Assembly: GCA_963843795.1 (NCBI GenBank)
Contig: CAWJLW010000006.1
Span: 2,988,375 to 3,052,374 of the forward strand
DNA length: 64,000 nt
Direction: 5' to 3'
DNA from: an uncultured bacterium
GTDB taxonomy: Bacteria; Armatimonadota; Abditibacteriia; Abditibacteriales; Abditibacteriaceae
Below are positions 51,236-61,374 of the stretch, piece by piece. Every line of letters begins with the position of its first letter. The first letter of the stretch is position 1. The position numbers and the translations under genes are program-made. The notes under the pieces are model-generated. The model saw nothing but the letters and a program-made list of their open reading frames with translations. It did no database searches and was not told where the DNA came from.

Positions 51236-52282
51236 TCACGGAGCAAATGCGGCAGTGCTTTGACGTACAGCGAGTTCACCGCGCAGCGTGCGCAGACGGA
51301 ATGGTTCCTGGCAATCGCCGTTCAAACGCTGCATCAGCAGATCGACAACGCTCTGTGCGATTTCATCGACAGGATGCGAAACGCTGGTCAGCGGCACGCT
51401 GGCGTAACGCGCAATGGGTCGATCATCGTGTCCGACCACCGAAACATCTTCGGGGACGCGAAAACCGGCATCTTGCAACTGGGATATAAAGGCGACGGCA
51501 GCGAAATCATTGACGATGCACACCGCTGTAGGCTTATGCAGTAGATCGAGAAAATACTGCGCCATGCGGACGCCATCGTCTTCAAATTCGCCGTAAGAAT
51601 CGCTGCCAAAAAGCCATTCTTCGCGCGGCTGCAATTCGTGTTCACCCAACGCGCGCGTGAGTCCTTCCAAGCGCACTGGAGTTGGACGCGGACAGCTCAC
51701 TTCAAAAAAACCAATGTCGCGGTGTCCAAGATCGAGCAAATGTTTGGCAGCTTGATAAGTGTTGTCGGCACGGTCGAAAACAACTTGGTCGCATTTGCAG
51801 GTTACAGAACGGTCGTAGCAAATTAAAACGCCTCCTTCGGCACGATAGCCTTCCAAAGCATCCAAAACTTCGAGCGGTAAGTCGGTGGTGTTACAAATAA
51901 TGGCGCGCGGGCGCTGCTGACACAGCAAACGTATTTCGCGCACCGCGTTTAACGCATTACTTTTGTCTGGATAGTTACAAACATGAATTGGCACATCGAA
52001 GCCTTGATTCGCCAACAATTTGCGTATTGCCTTGATTTTGCGCGTGCCTACACTTAAATCCAAATCTAACGTGAAAAGCCCGATGCTGTGGCTCAAACCT
52101 TTGCCCTGCAAGCGGCGCGCGTTCGCGTTGGGCTCGAAACCCAATTCGTTCGCTACCTGCAAAATCATCGCTTTGGTCGTGTCTGCCAAACGACCGTTGC
52201 CAGTCAAAGCCGCCGATACTGCTGACTTGGAAACGCCCGCAGCTAACGCCACATCCCGAATCGTCACTGCACTTTTAAGCAT
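51236..52282 (-). CDS. LacI family transcriptional regulator
   Basis: [44 protein letters not shown]. Confidence 0.93.
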   Translation of the reverse strand: MLKSAVTIRDVALAAGVSKSAVSAALTGNGRLADTTKAMILQVANELGFEPNANARRLQGKGLSHSIGLFTLDLDLSVGTRKIKAIRKLLANQGFDVPIHVCNYPDKSNALNAVREIRLLCQQRPRAIICNTTDLPLEVLDALEGYRAEGGVLICYDRSVTCKCDQVVFDRADNTYQAAKHLLDLGHRDIGFFEVSCPRPTPVRLEGLTRALGEHELQPREEWLFGSDSYGEFEDDGVRMAQYFLDLLHKPTAVCIVNDFAAVAFISQLQDAGFRVPEDVSVVGHDDRPIARYASVPLTSVSHPVDEIAQSVVDLLMQRLNGDCQEPFRLRTLRGELAVRQSTAAFAP

Positions 52283-52290
52283 AAATCACC

Positions 52291-52319
52291 TGCTGAACCG
52301 TTCCAGCAATTTAATTATA
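52291..52319 (-). promoter_or_regulatory. Putative LacI-type operator and -10 box upstream of the regulator
   Basis: Quasi-palindrome TGCTGAACCGTTCCAGCA (52291-52308); TATAAT on the minus strand at 52314-52319. Confidence 0.55.
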
Positions 52320-52352
52320 ACCATTACTTCAAGTTTTGTAACCCCCAAATCA

Positions 52353-52388
52353 AAAAACCTCACTGCAAGTACTTGCAGTGAGGTTTTT
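52353..52388 (-). terminator. 36-bp perfect palindrome with tails downstream of rpmB
   Basis: aaaaacctcactgcaagt|acttgcagtgaggttttt. Confidence 0.65.
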
Positions 52389-52404
52389 GGGGTTGAAAAA
52401 GATT

Positions 52405-52638
52405 TTAAGCCGCTTGTTTTTTGCGGGCTTTGGCGATGGTCGAAGCGGCACCGTTGCGCGACATGGCTTTGATGGCGCGCGTCGAGATTTTCATCTTGAC
52501 GAAGCGACCTTCTTCGGGAATCCACACGCGTTTGGTTTGCAAATTCGGCATCTGGCGGCGCTTGGTGTGACGCATCGAGTGCGACACCGAGTTGCCAGTC
52601 ATCGGTTTCTTTCCAGTAATTTCACAGCGATTGGCCAT
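52405..52638 (-). CDS. rpmB: 50S ribosomal protein L28
   Basis: MANRCEITGKKPMTGNSVSHSMRHTKRRQMPNLQ; GGAGG RBS. Confidence 0.96.
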   Translation of the reverse strand: MANRCEITGKKPMTGNSVSHSMRHTKRRQMPNLQTKRVWIPEEGRFVKMKISTRAIKAMSRNGAASTIAKARKKQAA

Positions 52639-52701
52639 TTTTAGTTCCTCCAATAAAAGCTCCGCCAGTGTAACTGTTTCACCGGCAAAGTTCAACTCGC
52701 T

Positions 52702-52748
52702 AAAACTGCCCTGCACGTACTTTCGGCAAGTACGTGCAGGGCAGTTTT
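52702..52748 (-). terminator. 21-bp-stem hairpin built from degenerate motif copies
   Basis: aaaactgccctgcacgtactt-tcggc-aagtacgtgcagggcagtttt. Confidence 0.7.
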
Positions 52749-52776
52749 TTATCGATTTCGTGTTTGGCTTTGCGTT

Positions 52777-54408
52777 TTACGCTTGATTGTCGGGCACAGA
52801 TTCGCCGCTGTGGTCGTCGAAACCGTCGCCATCGTGATCGTGGTTCTGGTTCGGCAGTGGTTGGTAATAATTACCGACGTTGGGTGGCGCTTCGGGCGCG
52901 GCGTTGACATCGCCGTCTTTGCGCGATTCTTTTACTGCGTCCACAATGGCTTTCGGCGCTTCAAAGCCGTATTTATCTTCGTAATCCAAGGTGCGGCGGC
53001 GCGCATAGAAATCGAGAGTCTTGCGCGCACGGGCGCGATACCACATTTCGTACGCCTGCTTGGCCAGTTCACGTTTTTTGGTCGGATCGCTTTGGGCTTC
53101 AGTCATGCGGTCGTATATTTTGGCCAGAAAATGAATACCGATGTCTTGCGATGAATTTTTCTCATCGCTGCGCATTTTCTCCAATTCAGCCTTGATCGCT
53201 TCGGGCGCATCTCCATTAAGCTCCAAAATCTTGGCCAGCTGGGGCAAACCTTGCAAATGGTATTTGGGATTAGCGTTCATCACGCCCACCATTTTATCAA
53301 TCGCCTGCTGATAGTCGCCTTTTTTATACAAATTCCACGCGGGAAGATAGCGCGCCGAAAGCGTGATGTAACCGCCCGTGGGCTGATCGTTGCGCGCCTG
53401 CATCTTTATGCGCATTTTGTGCGCCGCCACGATTTTTTCCACATCGGGCACGATAGCTTTGATGCGGCTTTTTAAAACCGCGTCGCCTTTTTCGTAAGCC
53501 GTGGCAATTTTCTCGTAGTCGCTGCCATACAACGACCAGTAACGACCGACTTCGCGCAGTTGGGCCAATTCCGCCGGCGTTCCCTGCAACAAATCTTCGC
53601 CGTATTGCTTCAAAGCCAAATCGATTTCGGGCACACCTTCATACAGGTGAGCAATGGTGCGCCCTAAAATATCGACACCCTCTTTTTTAACAGTTTGCGG
53701 CTTCCCATTGACCAAAGTATCGATTTCGATCTGGCGAGCATCGCTCTGCGCGCGCGCTTTACGATACAGTTCAACGGTTTCTTCGTCGTAATAGCCGGCT
53801 TTTTCCGCCCGCGTCCAGCCATGCTCGAACCACAGGCGATATTTTTCGGGGTTCTGTTCCGAACCGCGCCGCAGGTAATCCAAACCGGTTTCAATCGCTT
53901 TGTCTTGTAATTTGCGGATTAGTTTCGGATTGTCTTTGTATTTCGGATTCAGTTCGATGTCGGCGTAAATGTTATACGCCCAGTGCCAGCCCGCCGTTGA
54001 CCACGCATCGATGAACTGTGGGTCGAGCGTCACTACGGCTTCCATCAACGGATTCTGGCGCGTGGTCAAACCTTTGTGCCAGTATTCATCCGATTTCATC
54101 CACAACAAGTTGGCCACCTGGCTTTTAAAGCCCGACGCCAAACCCGCCACCATCAGCGACGACAACACGCGCAAATCGAGCTTAGCCGTATATTCGTCCT
54201 GATCTGGCGTTTCTTTGTTCGATGAAGCTGCCAGCACGCGATCCAACCATTGCATCGAAGGGCCATACTGTTCGCGTTCAAGTGCGCGTTGCTTCTTTTG
54301 ATCTTTAACGTCGAACGACATCGAGCGCATCTGCATCACGTCGCCCTGCGCCGCGTTATAGGCCACGAGCAACAAACCGCTCGCCGCCAAAAGTCCCCAT
54401 TTGGACAT
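52777..54408 (-). CDS. Membrane-anchored TPR-like helical protein (XapA/PilG-like)
   Basis: N-terminal hydrophobic segment; ANLLWMKSDEYWH...TLDPQFIDAW...W..AYN. Confidence 0.65.
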   Translation of the reverse strand: MSKWGLLAASGLLLVAYNAAQGDVMQMRSMSFDVKDQKKQRALEREQYGPSMQWLDRVLAASSNKETPDQDEYTAKLDLRVLSSLMVAGLASGFKSQVANLLWMKSDEYWHKGLTTRQNPLMEAVVTLDPQFIDAWSTAGWHWAYNIYADIELNPKYKDNPKLIRKLQDKAIETGLDYLRRGSEQNPEKYRLWFEHGWTRAEKAGYYDEETVELYRKARAQSDARQIEIDTLVNGKPQTVKKEGVDILGRTIAHLYEGVPEIDLALKQYGEDLLQGTPAELAQLREVGRYWSLYGSDYEKIATAYEKGDAVLKSRIKAIVPDVEKIVAAHKMRIKMQARNDQPTGGYITLSARYLPAWNLYKKGDYQQAIDKMVGVMNANPKYHLQGLPQLAKILELNGDAPEAIKAELEKMRSDEKNSSQDIGIHFLAKIYDRMTEAQSDPTKKRELAKQAYEMWYRARARKTLDFYARRRTLDYEDKYGFEAPKAIVDAVKESRKDGDVNAAPEAPPNVGNYYQPLPNQNHDHDGDGFDDHSGESVPDNQA

Positions 54409-54502
54409 AATTCACCTCTGATTTTGTGACTCACACCAGATCGCAAGTACTTGCAGCAAGTAATCGCCGGAAGCTTGTGCGTTGGAAGATTGAAATTTGA
54501 AA

Positions 54503-55597
54503 TTAAAATTCGCGGTCGCTGAAGATGAAATACGCTACGCACAGAACCGCAGCGACGTAAATCAGGCCGCCGCCGAAGGCTTTCCAGGCGTAATTGAAAG
54601 CGACCGGCATATCATTGACCAGACGTTCACGCACATCGAAACGATCCAAACGCGGCACGAAAACATAAATCGCTTTGATGACCGCCGAGATCGGTGCCGA
54701 AACGCTACCCTGCCCGCCGCTGCTGAGATGTTCCCAGTAAGAAGCCGCCTGTCCGCAAAAATAAATCACGAATGAAAACACGACCGCCGCGATGTGAGAC
54801 AGCACCAACGAAAGCGTCATCGCGACCGCTGCCATCATCATCAGCGCGCCGTAATGCAGCAGAAGTGCGCGCGCCAGATTGCCCAACTTGAAAACCATGC
54901 CCGGATGTCCGGCATATACGTTGAAGGCATCGCCAAAACCGCCAGTTTCGCGCCGCACTAAAAACCACGCGTAAGTGAGCAAAAACATCAGGCCCATAAT
55001 CGCCAGCGACACCAAAAGTGTCAGGCACAAGCCGAGATATTTGCCCAGAAGAAATTCGATGCGGTCGATGGGTTTCGACAGAATCGTGAAAATCGTGCGA
55101 CGCTCAATGTCGGGCTGAATCAAGCCCGCGCCCAGAAAAATTGCCATCACGGTTGTAATAATGACCGTGAAACCAAGACCAAAATCGCGCACGAATTTTT
55201 CTTCCGAACCTTGCTGCATCCAGGTAAAAAACAGCGAAATCGGAATCAGCACAATGGCAAACATCAACAGGGTCAGCATCCAGCGCCGCCGCAACGCTTC
55301 CTGCCACGTAGTGAGGGCGATGGTGCCCACCGCGGGCGTCGTTAGCCACACCAGCGCCAGCAAAACCACAAAGCCCAGCATATCGCCCAAGCCAATGGAA
55401 TCGGCCAATCCGCTTTCGCCAGCCGGACTTTTGTATCCGCTCATTAAATACCAGAGCGCAACTAAAGCGATGACGATACTGACTGCGATTTGTCCGGCGC
55501 GCCAGCGCGAGGGAATCGCAACGCGACCCGTTTGTGAAATCGGCGCATCGCTTTTGGGCGCGTTGCCGCTGCCAATCGCCGAAGGGGAAACACTCAT
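54503..55597 (-). CDS. ABC transporter permease (PilI/XapB-like)
   Basis: Multi-TM; DIERRTIFTILSKPIDR.EFLLGKYLG, C-terminal FSDREF. Confidence 0.85.
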   Translation of the reverse strand: MSVSPSAIGSGNAPKSDAPISQTGRVAIPSRWRAGQIAVSIVIALVALWYLMSGYKSPAGESGLADSIGLGDMLGFVVLLALVWLTTPAVGTIALTTWQEALRRRWMLTLLMFAIVLIPISLFFTWMQQGSEEKFVRDFGLGFTVIITTVMAIFLGAGLIQPDIERRTIFTILSKPIDRIEFLLGKYLGLCLTLLVSLAIMGLMFLLTYAWFLVRRETGGFGDAFNVYAGHPGMVFKLGNLARALLLHYGALMMMAAVAMTLSLVLSHIAAVVFSFVIYFCGQAASYWEHLSSGGQGSVSAPISAVIKAIYVFVPRLDRFDVRERLVNDMPVAFNYAWKAFGGGLIYVAAVLCVAYFIFSDREF

Positions 55598-55660
55598 AAA
55601 TTCTCCGAATACTCACGGCTGCAAGTACTTGCAGCCCCAACTTAACTTACCGATTGACAA

Positions 55661-56716
55661 TTAACGCCCGTCGCTTTTCACACTGCGTACAAAAACATCT
55701 TCCAGCGTTTCGGTGTGACCTTGCACATCGAGCGTGCGCGCGTCGCAATCGCGGATGAATTTCAATACGTCGTCCAATTCTTCGCTCGAGTCGGCGTGGA
55801 AACGAATGTGGCCGTTTTCTTTTTGCCATTGAGGTGCATTGGCCTGCTGCAAGGCTTCATCAGCGAAATTAGTGGCAAAAACTTCAAAGCTTTGGCTCGG
55901 CCCGACGAGTTCGGGAACCGTTCCAAACTTCACTAACTTGCCTTCGCTTAGAATCGCCACCCGGTCGCAAATCGCCTGCACATCGGCCAGCAAATGCGAA
56001 CACAACAAAACGGTTTTACCTTGATCGCGCACAGCCAGGATCGCGTCTTTCATCTGACGCGCGCCAATCGGGTCGAGACCGGTCGTGGGTTCGTCCAAAA
56101 ACAACAGTTCAGGATCGTTAATGAGCGCTTGCGCCAAGCCGACGCGCTGCATCATACCTTTGGAATAAGTGCGAATCACGCGCGAGCGGTCGGCTTTGTT
56201 GAGGCCGACCATATCGAGCAGTTCTTCTTTGCGCTCGTCGCGGCGCGCGCGGTCGTATCCGAACAATTTGCCGTAGAAATCGAGCACTTCGTACGAGTTG
56301 AGATGGTCGTAGAAATATGGGCCATCGGGCAAGAAGCCGATGCGCTGTTTCACGGCCACATCGCGCGGGCCGCGTCCAAAGATTGAAATCGTGCCCGAAG
56401 TCGGTTTAATTAAACCGAGCAGCAATTTCAGCGTCGTGGTTTTGCCGCTACCGTTAGGGCCGACCAGACCAAAAATTTCGCCGCGCTTCACATCAATCGA
56501 CAATTCTTCCAAGGCGGTTTTGCCGCTGCGCGAGAAAGGTGCGCGATAAGTTTTGCGCAGTTTTTGCGTTTGAATGATAATGTCGCCCTGACCCTCGGCT
56601 ACGGGCGCATTGGGTGTGAGAACTGCTTTGGGTTGAACGTTTTCTGATTCCATCGTGATTTCCGCGTTGCCAACTGAACTGCCAACTGTTGCGTCTGGCG
56701 TAGTTTGATTCGCCAT
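55661..56716 (-). CDS. ABC transporter ATP-binding protein (exporter type)
   Basis: GPNGSGKTT, YSKGMMQR, LDEPTTGLD, SHLL. Confidence 0.92.
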   Translation of the reverse strand: MANQTTPDATVGSSVGNAEITMESENVQPKAVLTPNAPVAEGQGDIIIQTQKLRKTYRAPFSRSGKTALEELSIDVKRGEIFGLVGPNGSGKTTTLKLLLGLIKPTSGTISIFGRGPRDVAVKQRIGFLPDGPYFYDHLNSYEVLDFYGKLFGYDRARRDERKEELLDMVGLNKADRSRVIRTYSKGMMQRVGLAQALINDPELLFLDEPTTGLDPIGARQMKDAILAVRDQGKTVLLCSHLLADVQAICDRVAILSEGKLVKFGTVPELVGPSQSFEVFATNFADEALQQANAPQWQKENGHIRFHADSSEELDDVLKFIRDCDARTLDVQGHTETLEDVFVRSVKSDGR

Positions 56717-56960
56717 GAGCGCGCCTCCAAAAGTAAAAAATAAAAATAATTTCGCTGATGCGACGTATCAGTATTCACAACGTTGCGCACTCTCGTGCAC
56801 TTCGGTTGCATCCTGTTTTGCGGCGCATTGAATCGCAGCGTCGCGCGTTTCAAATTACCCCGTAGCACACGTTTTCTAACTCGCCCAGTTTACGAATACG
56901 CACGCTGACGCGCAGACGCGAAAAGGCCCTGCAAGTACTTGCAGAGCCTTGAAAGGACGT

Positions 56961-58109
56961 TCAAACAGTCAATTCTCGGTAAAAATCGTAGATTTGGCGC
57001 GTGCCTTCGGCGATATGAAAGCGCTGCGAAACGCTGGGCCGCGAATGTTCGCGCAAATGTTCCAGCAGCACATTATCAGTCAAAATACGGCACATTGCGT
57101 GCGCCAGACTGTCAGTTTCATCGGGCGAAACCAGCAGTCCATCGTGCTCATGATTGATAATTTCCAGCGGGCCATTCTTGGCATAGGCAATAACGGCTTT
57201 ACGCATCACCATGCCTTCGATTAAGACGCGCCCGAACGGTTCTTCTTTCGAGGCGAGCACAACTGCATCCAGAGACGAAATCGCTTCGACGTTGTTGTTC
57301 TGGTGTGGCACGAAATGAAAACGGTCGTCCAATTTATGATGCTTGACGCGCGCGTGCAACGATTTCACATAACCAGCGTGCTCGCTCCACAAATCGCCAC
57401 CCATAATGACGAAACGGGCGCGGTCGCATTTATCATTGGCGCAAACTTTGGCCGCTGCGTCGATGAAATCAAGGTGATTCTTCCACGGCACCAGTTGGCC
57501 TACACAACCGAAAACAAAAGCGTCGGGCGCAAAATTCAAAGCATCGCGAAATGTGTGCGGTTTGGCGGCGGGCGGATGCGTTTGCCACTTGTCGGGGTCG
57601 ATGCCGTTGCGCACGATACGGATTTTCTGCGGCGGAACGCCATCGCGCTGCAAGGCTTCGGCAACACAGCCCGAAATCGCGATCACCAGCGTCGCGCGTT
57701 GCGCTAGTTGCGACCCAATGCGCGCCAAATTCACCATATCGCGCGCGTGCCAAATCGTGGGAATTCCCAAACGTTCGGCAGCTAATCCGCCCACCAGATG
57801 CGCGGTCGTCGAATTGGAATGCACAACTTGTGCGTTTAAATTACGCGCCAGCCTCGAGATGTGCGGTGCGGTTTGCAAAACGTGCGCGAGCGTGGTCAAA
57901 CCAGAAATAAAATTGGTCGGGCGCTGCAAACGACGCAGCGGCACAAAGCTGACCGCCCAACCTTCGTCGCGCAACTGATCGGCAAATGGCCCGCTGCTTG
58001 GCAAAGCGATGGTCGCGTCGATGTCGTCGTGCGAGCGGCGCAATTCGTGCAACAACGCATGCAACGACTGCTCGCCACCACTGATCTGCGAAGTGTGATC
58101 GAGATACAA
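56961..58109 (-). CDS. Glycosyltransferase family 4 (start ambiguous)
   Basis: SGGEQS, VRNGID, VGQL.PWK, EPFGRVLIEGM. Confidence 0.9.
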   Translation of the reverse strand: MYLDHTSQISGGEQSLHALLHELRRSHDDIDATIALPSSGPFADQLRDEGWAVSFVPLRRLQRPTNFISGLTTLAHVLQTAPHISRLARNLNAQVVHSNSTTAHLVGGLAAERLGIPTIWHARDMVNLARIGSQLAQRATLVIAISGCVAEALQRDGVPPQKIRIVRNGIDPDKWQTHPPAAKPHTFRDALNFAPDAFVFGCVGQLVPWKNHLDFIDAAAKVCANDKCDRARFVIMGGDLWSEHAGYVKSLHARVKHHKLDDRFHFVPHQNNNVEAISSLDAVVLASKEEPFGRVLIEGMVMRKAVIAYAKNGPLEIINHEHDGLLVSPDETDSLAHAMCRILTDNVLLEHLREHSRPSVSQRFHIAEGTRQIYDFYRELTV

Positions 58110-58289
58110 AACTTGAATTTTTTCATCTCTCTGCTTTTGGGTCTCGAAAATAGCACACCTCCCAAATCATCAATGCAATCGTCTCTGCGTGCTTTCATCC
58201 TAACACGTTCAAATTTCACCCGGCGTCACAGAGATTTCAGACATTAATCGAGCCAGCAAGTAGTTGCTGAACTTCACGTTCTTACATCC

Positions 58290-60053
58290 TCACAATTCGA
58301 GCACTTCGTCCAGCCACTGTTGCGAATGCGCGATGACTTCGTTTTCCCATTCCAGCCCGTAATACGAATGATTGGCACCTTCAATAAGATGTGAATAAGC
58401 TTGCGGTTGTTGCTCTCGATACCACGCCAACGCTTCGGTCGTCGTAGGGTCGGCGCTACCATAAACCAGCAACAGCGGACGATGAGCGCGATTCCAGCGC
58501 GCGAAACCACTCAGCGCGCTTTCGCGCCAACCGCGCGGCAGTTGGCCGGGCGCGTCCGATTCGATATTTCTGCTTTCGCCGCCCTTGCTACTCATCACCT
58601 GCGCCACGCGCGAAGCATCGACTTCGCCGCGCAGCAAACGTTTATAAGTCGAAAAACTCAACAGCTTATGCGCGTATTTTTTCAAATTCGCCACGCGTTT
58701 ACGCGCATCGCGCGCGCCCGAACCACGCGCTGCAACAATCGGCGCGCTCCACAGAATCATCGCCGCCACATCGCTTTCCAGCGCGCCGACTGCTACTTCG
58801 CAGCCCGAACACAAACCCAGCAACACAATCGGTGCATCGCTTTGTTCGCGACACCACTTCATCATATCGCGTGCGTCATCGGCCATCGTCGCTAAAGTCG
58901 CCAGTTCGGTTCGCCCGTCGCTATCGCCGCGTCCAGCGAAATCAAAGCGCAACAGGTTATAATCGTCTGTCCAACGCCGCGCCGCGCGCGCCAACATTTG
59001 GTGCGGGCCGGTTCGGTAACCGCTCCAACCATGCAGCATTACAATCGTTGCGCGCGCCGTTTTCGCCCCGTTTTGCGCCAGATGCCAGGTCGCCACCAAG
59101 CGCTCATCACGCCGGTTGCTCACAATCAGCGCCCGTTCACCGTTGCAAGTACTTGCAGAGCGCCGTGCAACATTTTCGTGATCGCAAGTACTTGCAGCGG
59201 GCGCAATGGCGCTTTCTTCTGGGAAAATTTGTGCCCACAATTTTTCACTGGGCGCGTGATCGAGCAAATTCCAAAACGGTTGTGCGACAATCGCACTCGC
59301 GGAAATCTGACGCGCTTCGCACCAGTTTTTCAACGCATTGGACACTTCGCTTCTGGCACCGATTTGAAAAACCTGCACGCGCATCGATGCGGGCCAGTTG
59401 CGCTCATTTTCCAAATCTAAAGCCCGTAAATCGGCCTGCAATTTTTCGCCAATTGGCCAACCATCCAAATCGAAAACATCCGATTCGCTATTCGGAATTT
59501 GCGACGTTTTGGCTTGGGCGTTATCGTTGGGATTGCCTTCTTGGCTGGTAATTTTGGCGCGCAATTTTTGGCGCATCGCCATTTCGCTCCAATAGCGTTG
59601 CCCACTGAGAATCGGCTCCAGCAAAATTACGTGCTTCAAACTGTCACGCCAAGAATCCGTTTGCGAGTTCGCGTTGTTTTCACCCGAAATTTGCGCCGCT
59701 AAAGCAGCACCCAGACGAACACCAAGCAAGCCCAACGGCGCATTGGGCACACGGCGACGCACTTCTTCGATAGCGCTTAAAATATCGTCGCGCCAATTAT
59801 CGAGAGTTTGTTGAGCGAAGTCGCCGCAACTATCGCCCGCGCCCCGCGCGTTGAACAATAAAACGGCGTGACCGCGTGCGGCCAGCCAGCGCGCGCCTTC
59901 GTTCAAGGTACGACGCGCGCTTTTGTCCTCCTCGCCAAACGGCGCACAAAATATCCAAACCTGTCGGATATTTTGCTGAGGCGCGTGCCATACGCCGGAC
60001 AACATAGCCTGCGGGCCAAAGAAAAAGTGTTCCAGACGGGTCGAATTTTCCAC
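58290..60053 (-). CDS. Fused tandem alpha/beta hydrolase (exosortase-associated hydrolase 2-like plus hydrolase 1-like)
   Basis: Domain 1: PFGEE, GAGDS.G, GVRLGA, PFW. Domain 2: YRTGPHQ, RFDFAGRGDSDG, GLCSG, GANH. Confidence 0.78.
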   Translation of the reverse strand: MENSTRLEHFFFGPQAMLSGVWHAPQQNIRQVWIFCAPFGEEDKSARRTLNEGARWLAARGHAVLLFNARGAGDSCGDFAQQTLDNWRDDILSAIEEVRRRVPNAPLGLLGVRLGAALAAQISGENNANSQTDSWRDSLKHVILLEPILSGQRYWSEMAMRQKLRAKITSQEGNPNDNAQAKTSQIPNSESDVFDLDGWPIGEKLQADLRALDLENERNWPASMRVQVFQIGARSEVSNALKNWCEARQISASAIVAQPFWNLLDHAPSEKLWAQIFPEESAIAPAASTCDHENVARRSASTCNGERALIVSNRRDERLVATWHLAQNGAKTARATIVMLHGWSGYRTGPHQMLARAARRWTDDYNLLRFDFAGRGDSDGRTELATLATMADDARDMMKWCREQSDAPIVLLGLCSGCEVAVGALESDVAAMILWSAPIVAARGSGARDARKRVANLKKYAHKLLSFSTYKRLLRGEVDASRVAQVMSSKGGESRNIESDAPGQLPRGWRESALSGFARWNRAHRPLLLVYGSADPTTTEALAWYREQQPQAYSHLIEGANHSYYGLEWENEVIAHSQQWLDEVLEL

Positions 60054-60102
60054 GATTATCAAATCTATGCAGTGCAAGTACTTGCAGCGCTTGGTTGGAA
60101 TT

Positions 60103-60357
60103 TTATTCTTTTTTGTCGCGCACAAAGGCGGCGATGGAATTCACATCTTGGAAAGTATCGATTTGAAAATCGACTTCATCCATCGCGACCTCAAACTCTT
60201 CTTCCAAACCGACGACCAGTTCAAACAAGGCCACTGAATCAACGTCGTAGGTTTCCATCAGTGGTGTATCGTCTTCGATGTCGGTCGGTTCAATATCTAA
60301 AAATAAGCGCTCGACGATCATTGTTTTCAAGCGCGATTTCAACACGTTCACATCCAT
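60103..60357 (-). CDS. Acyl carrier protein
   Basis: 84-aa acidic protein; VDSVALFELVVGLEEEF. Confidence 0.88.
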   Translation of the reverse strand: MDVNVLKSRLKTMIVERLFLDIEPTDIEDDTPLMETYDVDSVALFELVVGLEEEFEVAMDEVDFQIDTFQDVNSIAAFVRDKKE

Positions 60358-60363
60358 AATTTC

Positions 60364-61374
60364 TTACTCCATCAAACTTTGTTCGGCTGGCATCAAAACG
60401 CGCGGCAAAACCGTTAAACACGTCACGCACCACGCCAGGCCAATTGTGTAACCGCCCAGCACATCGCTGGGGAAATGCACGCCCAGATAAATGCGACTCA
60501 AGCCCGTCAATAGCACAACCGCAGTCGCCCACAGCGCAAAGGGCAGCGTAAACAAAGCGGGTGCGCCGATAAAAGCCATTGTCCACACCGCGCCAACCCA
60601 GAAACAAAACGAGGTCAGCGAGTGGCCCGAAGGAAATGAGCCATCCTGCAACTTGTGACCAAACGCGCCGGCTTTGCGTTGCGGGCGCAAGCGTTTAAAA
60701 ACGCGTTTGAGCACCCACGACATTAACATTGCACCCGAATAACACAAGCCCGGCATCAGCCACGGCAGCGCGTCGCGCCACGCCAACTCCGGTGCGCTGT
60801 GCCCCTGCACCAGCCACGCTGGCACTTTGCCCAACAAATTTCGCGAAAGCGCATAAATTATCAACGGCGCGCCCAAGGAGAAGGTGCACAGGGCGGGTGC
60901 CGAAGCGAGATTCGTCCAAAAGCGAAAAAACCATGTTAGCGGTACACGCTCGCGCGAATCTTCATCGTCTAACTCGCGCGCCATCTCGTGCGCCGCTTCG
61001 CTATCGTCGGGCTGCTGTGGCAAATCGCGCAGCACATCCGGCAATGTGGCAGGTAAAACGCGTGAGGGCGCTTCGAGCGACAAGTCGGGCGTCACATCGG
61101 CGCGCGAACCTGCCAACTCCAGACGCGCCGCGCGCCGCGCTTCATAGCGCGTGGCATCGGGATGAGCGGCGCGATAACGCAGCGTCTTCGCCCACGTGCG
61201 CACTCCATCGTCCAACTTCATTAAACCGGGCCGCACTTGCTGTTTGAAAGCTTTGAAAACAATCACCAAAACGGTAAAAGTGCCCAGCCACGCCACACTT
61301 TCGGCCCACAGAGCGCGCGGCAGAACATGCCACAAAGCGACGAAAAATTCGCGCGCTGCATCCAGTAACTTCAT
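60364..61374 (-). CDS. PAP2 family phosphatase
   Basis: KRVFKRLRP, SFPSGH, SRIYLGVHFPSDV. Confidence 0.9.
   Translation of the reverse strand: MKLLDAAREFFVALWHVLPRALWAESVAWLGTFTVLVIVFKAFKQQVRPGLMKLDDGVRTWAKTLRYRAAHPDATRYEARRAARLELAGSRADVTPDLSLEAPSRVLPATLPDVLRDLPQQPDDSEAAHEMARELDDEDSRERVPLTWFFRFWTNLASAPALCTFSLGAPLIIYALSRNLLGKVPAWLVQGHSAPELAWRDALPWLMPGLCYSGAMLMSWVLKRVFKRLRPQRKAGAFGHKLQDGSFPSGHSLTSFCFWVGAVWTMAFIGAPALFTLPFALWATAVVLLTGLSRIYLGVHFPSDVLGGYTIGLAWCVTCLTVLPRVLMPAEQSLME

Noticed and set aside
56720..56930. Riboswitch in the leader of the ABC ATPase
   Set aside because: I recognised no aptamer consensus on either strand.
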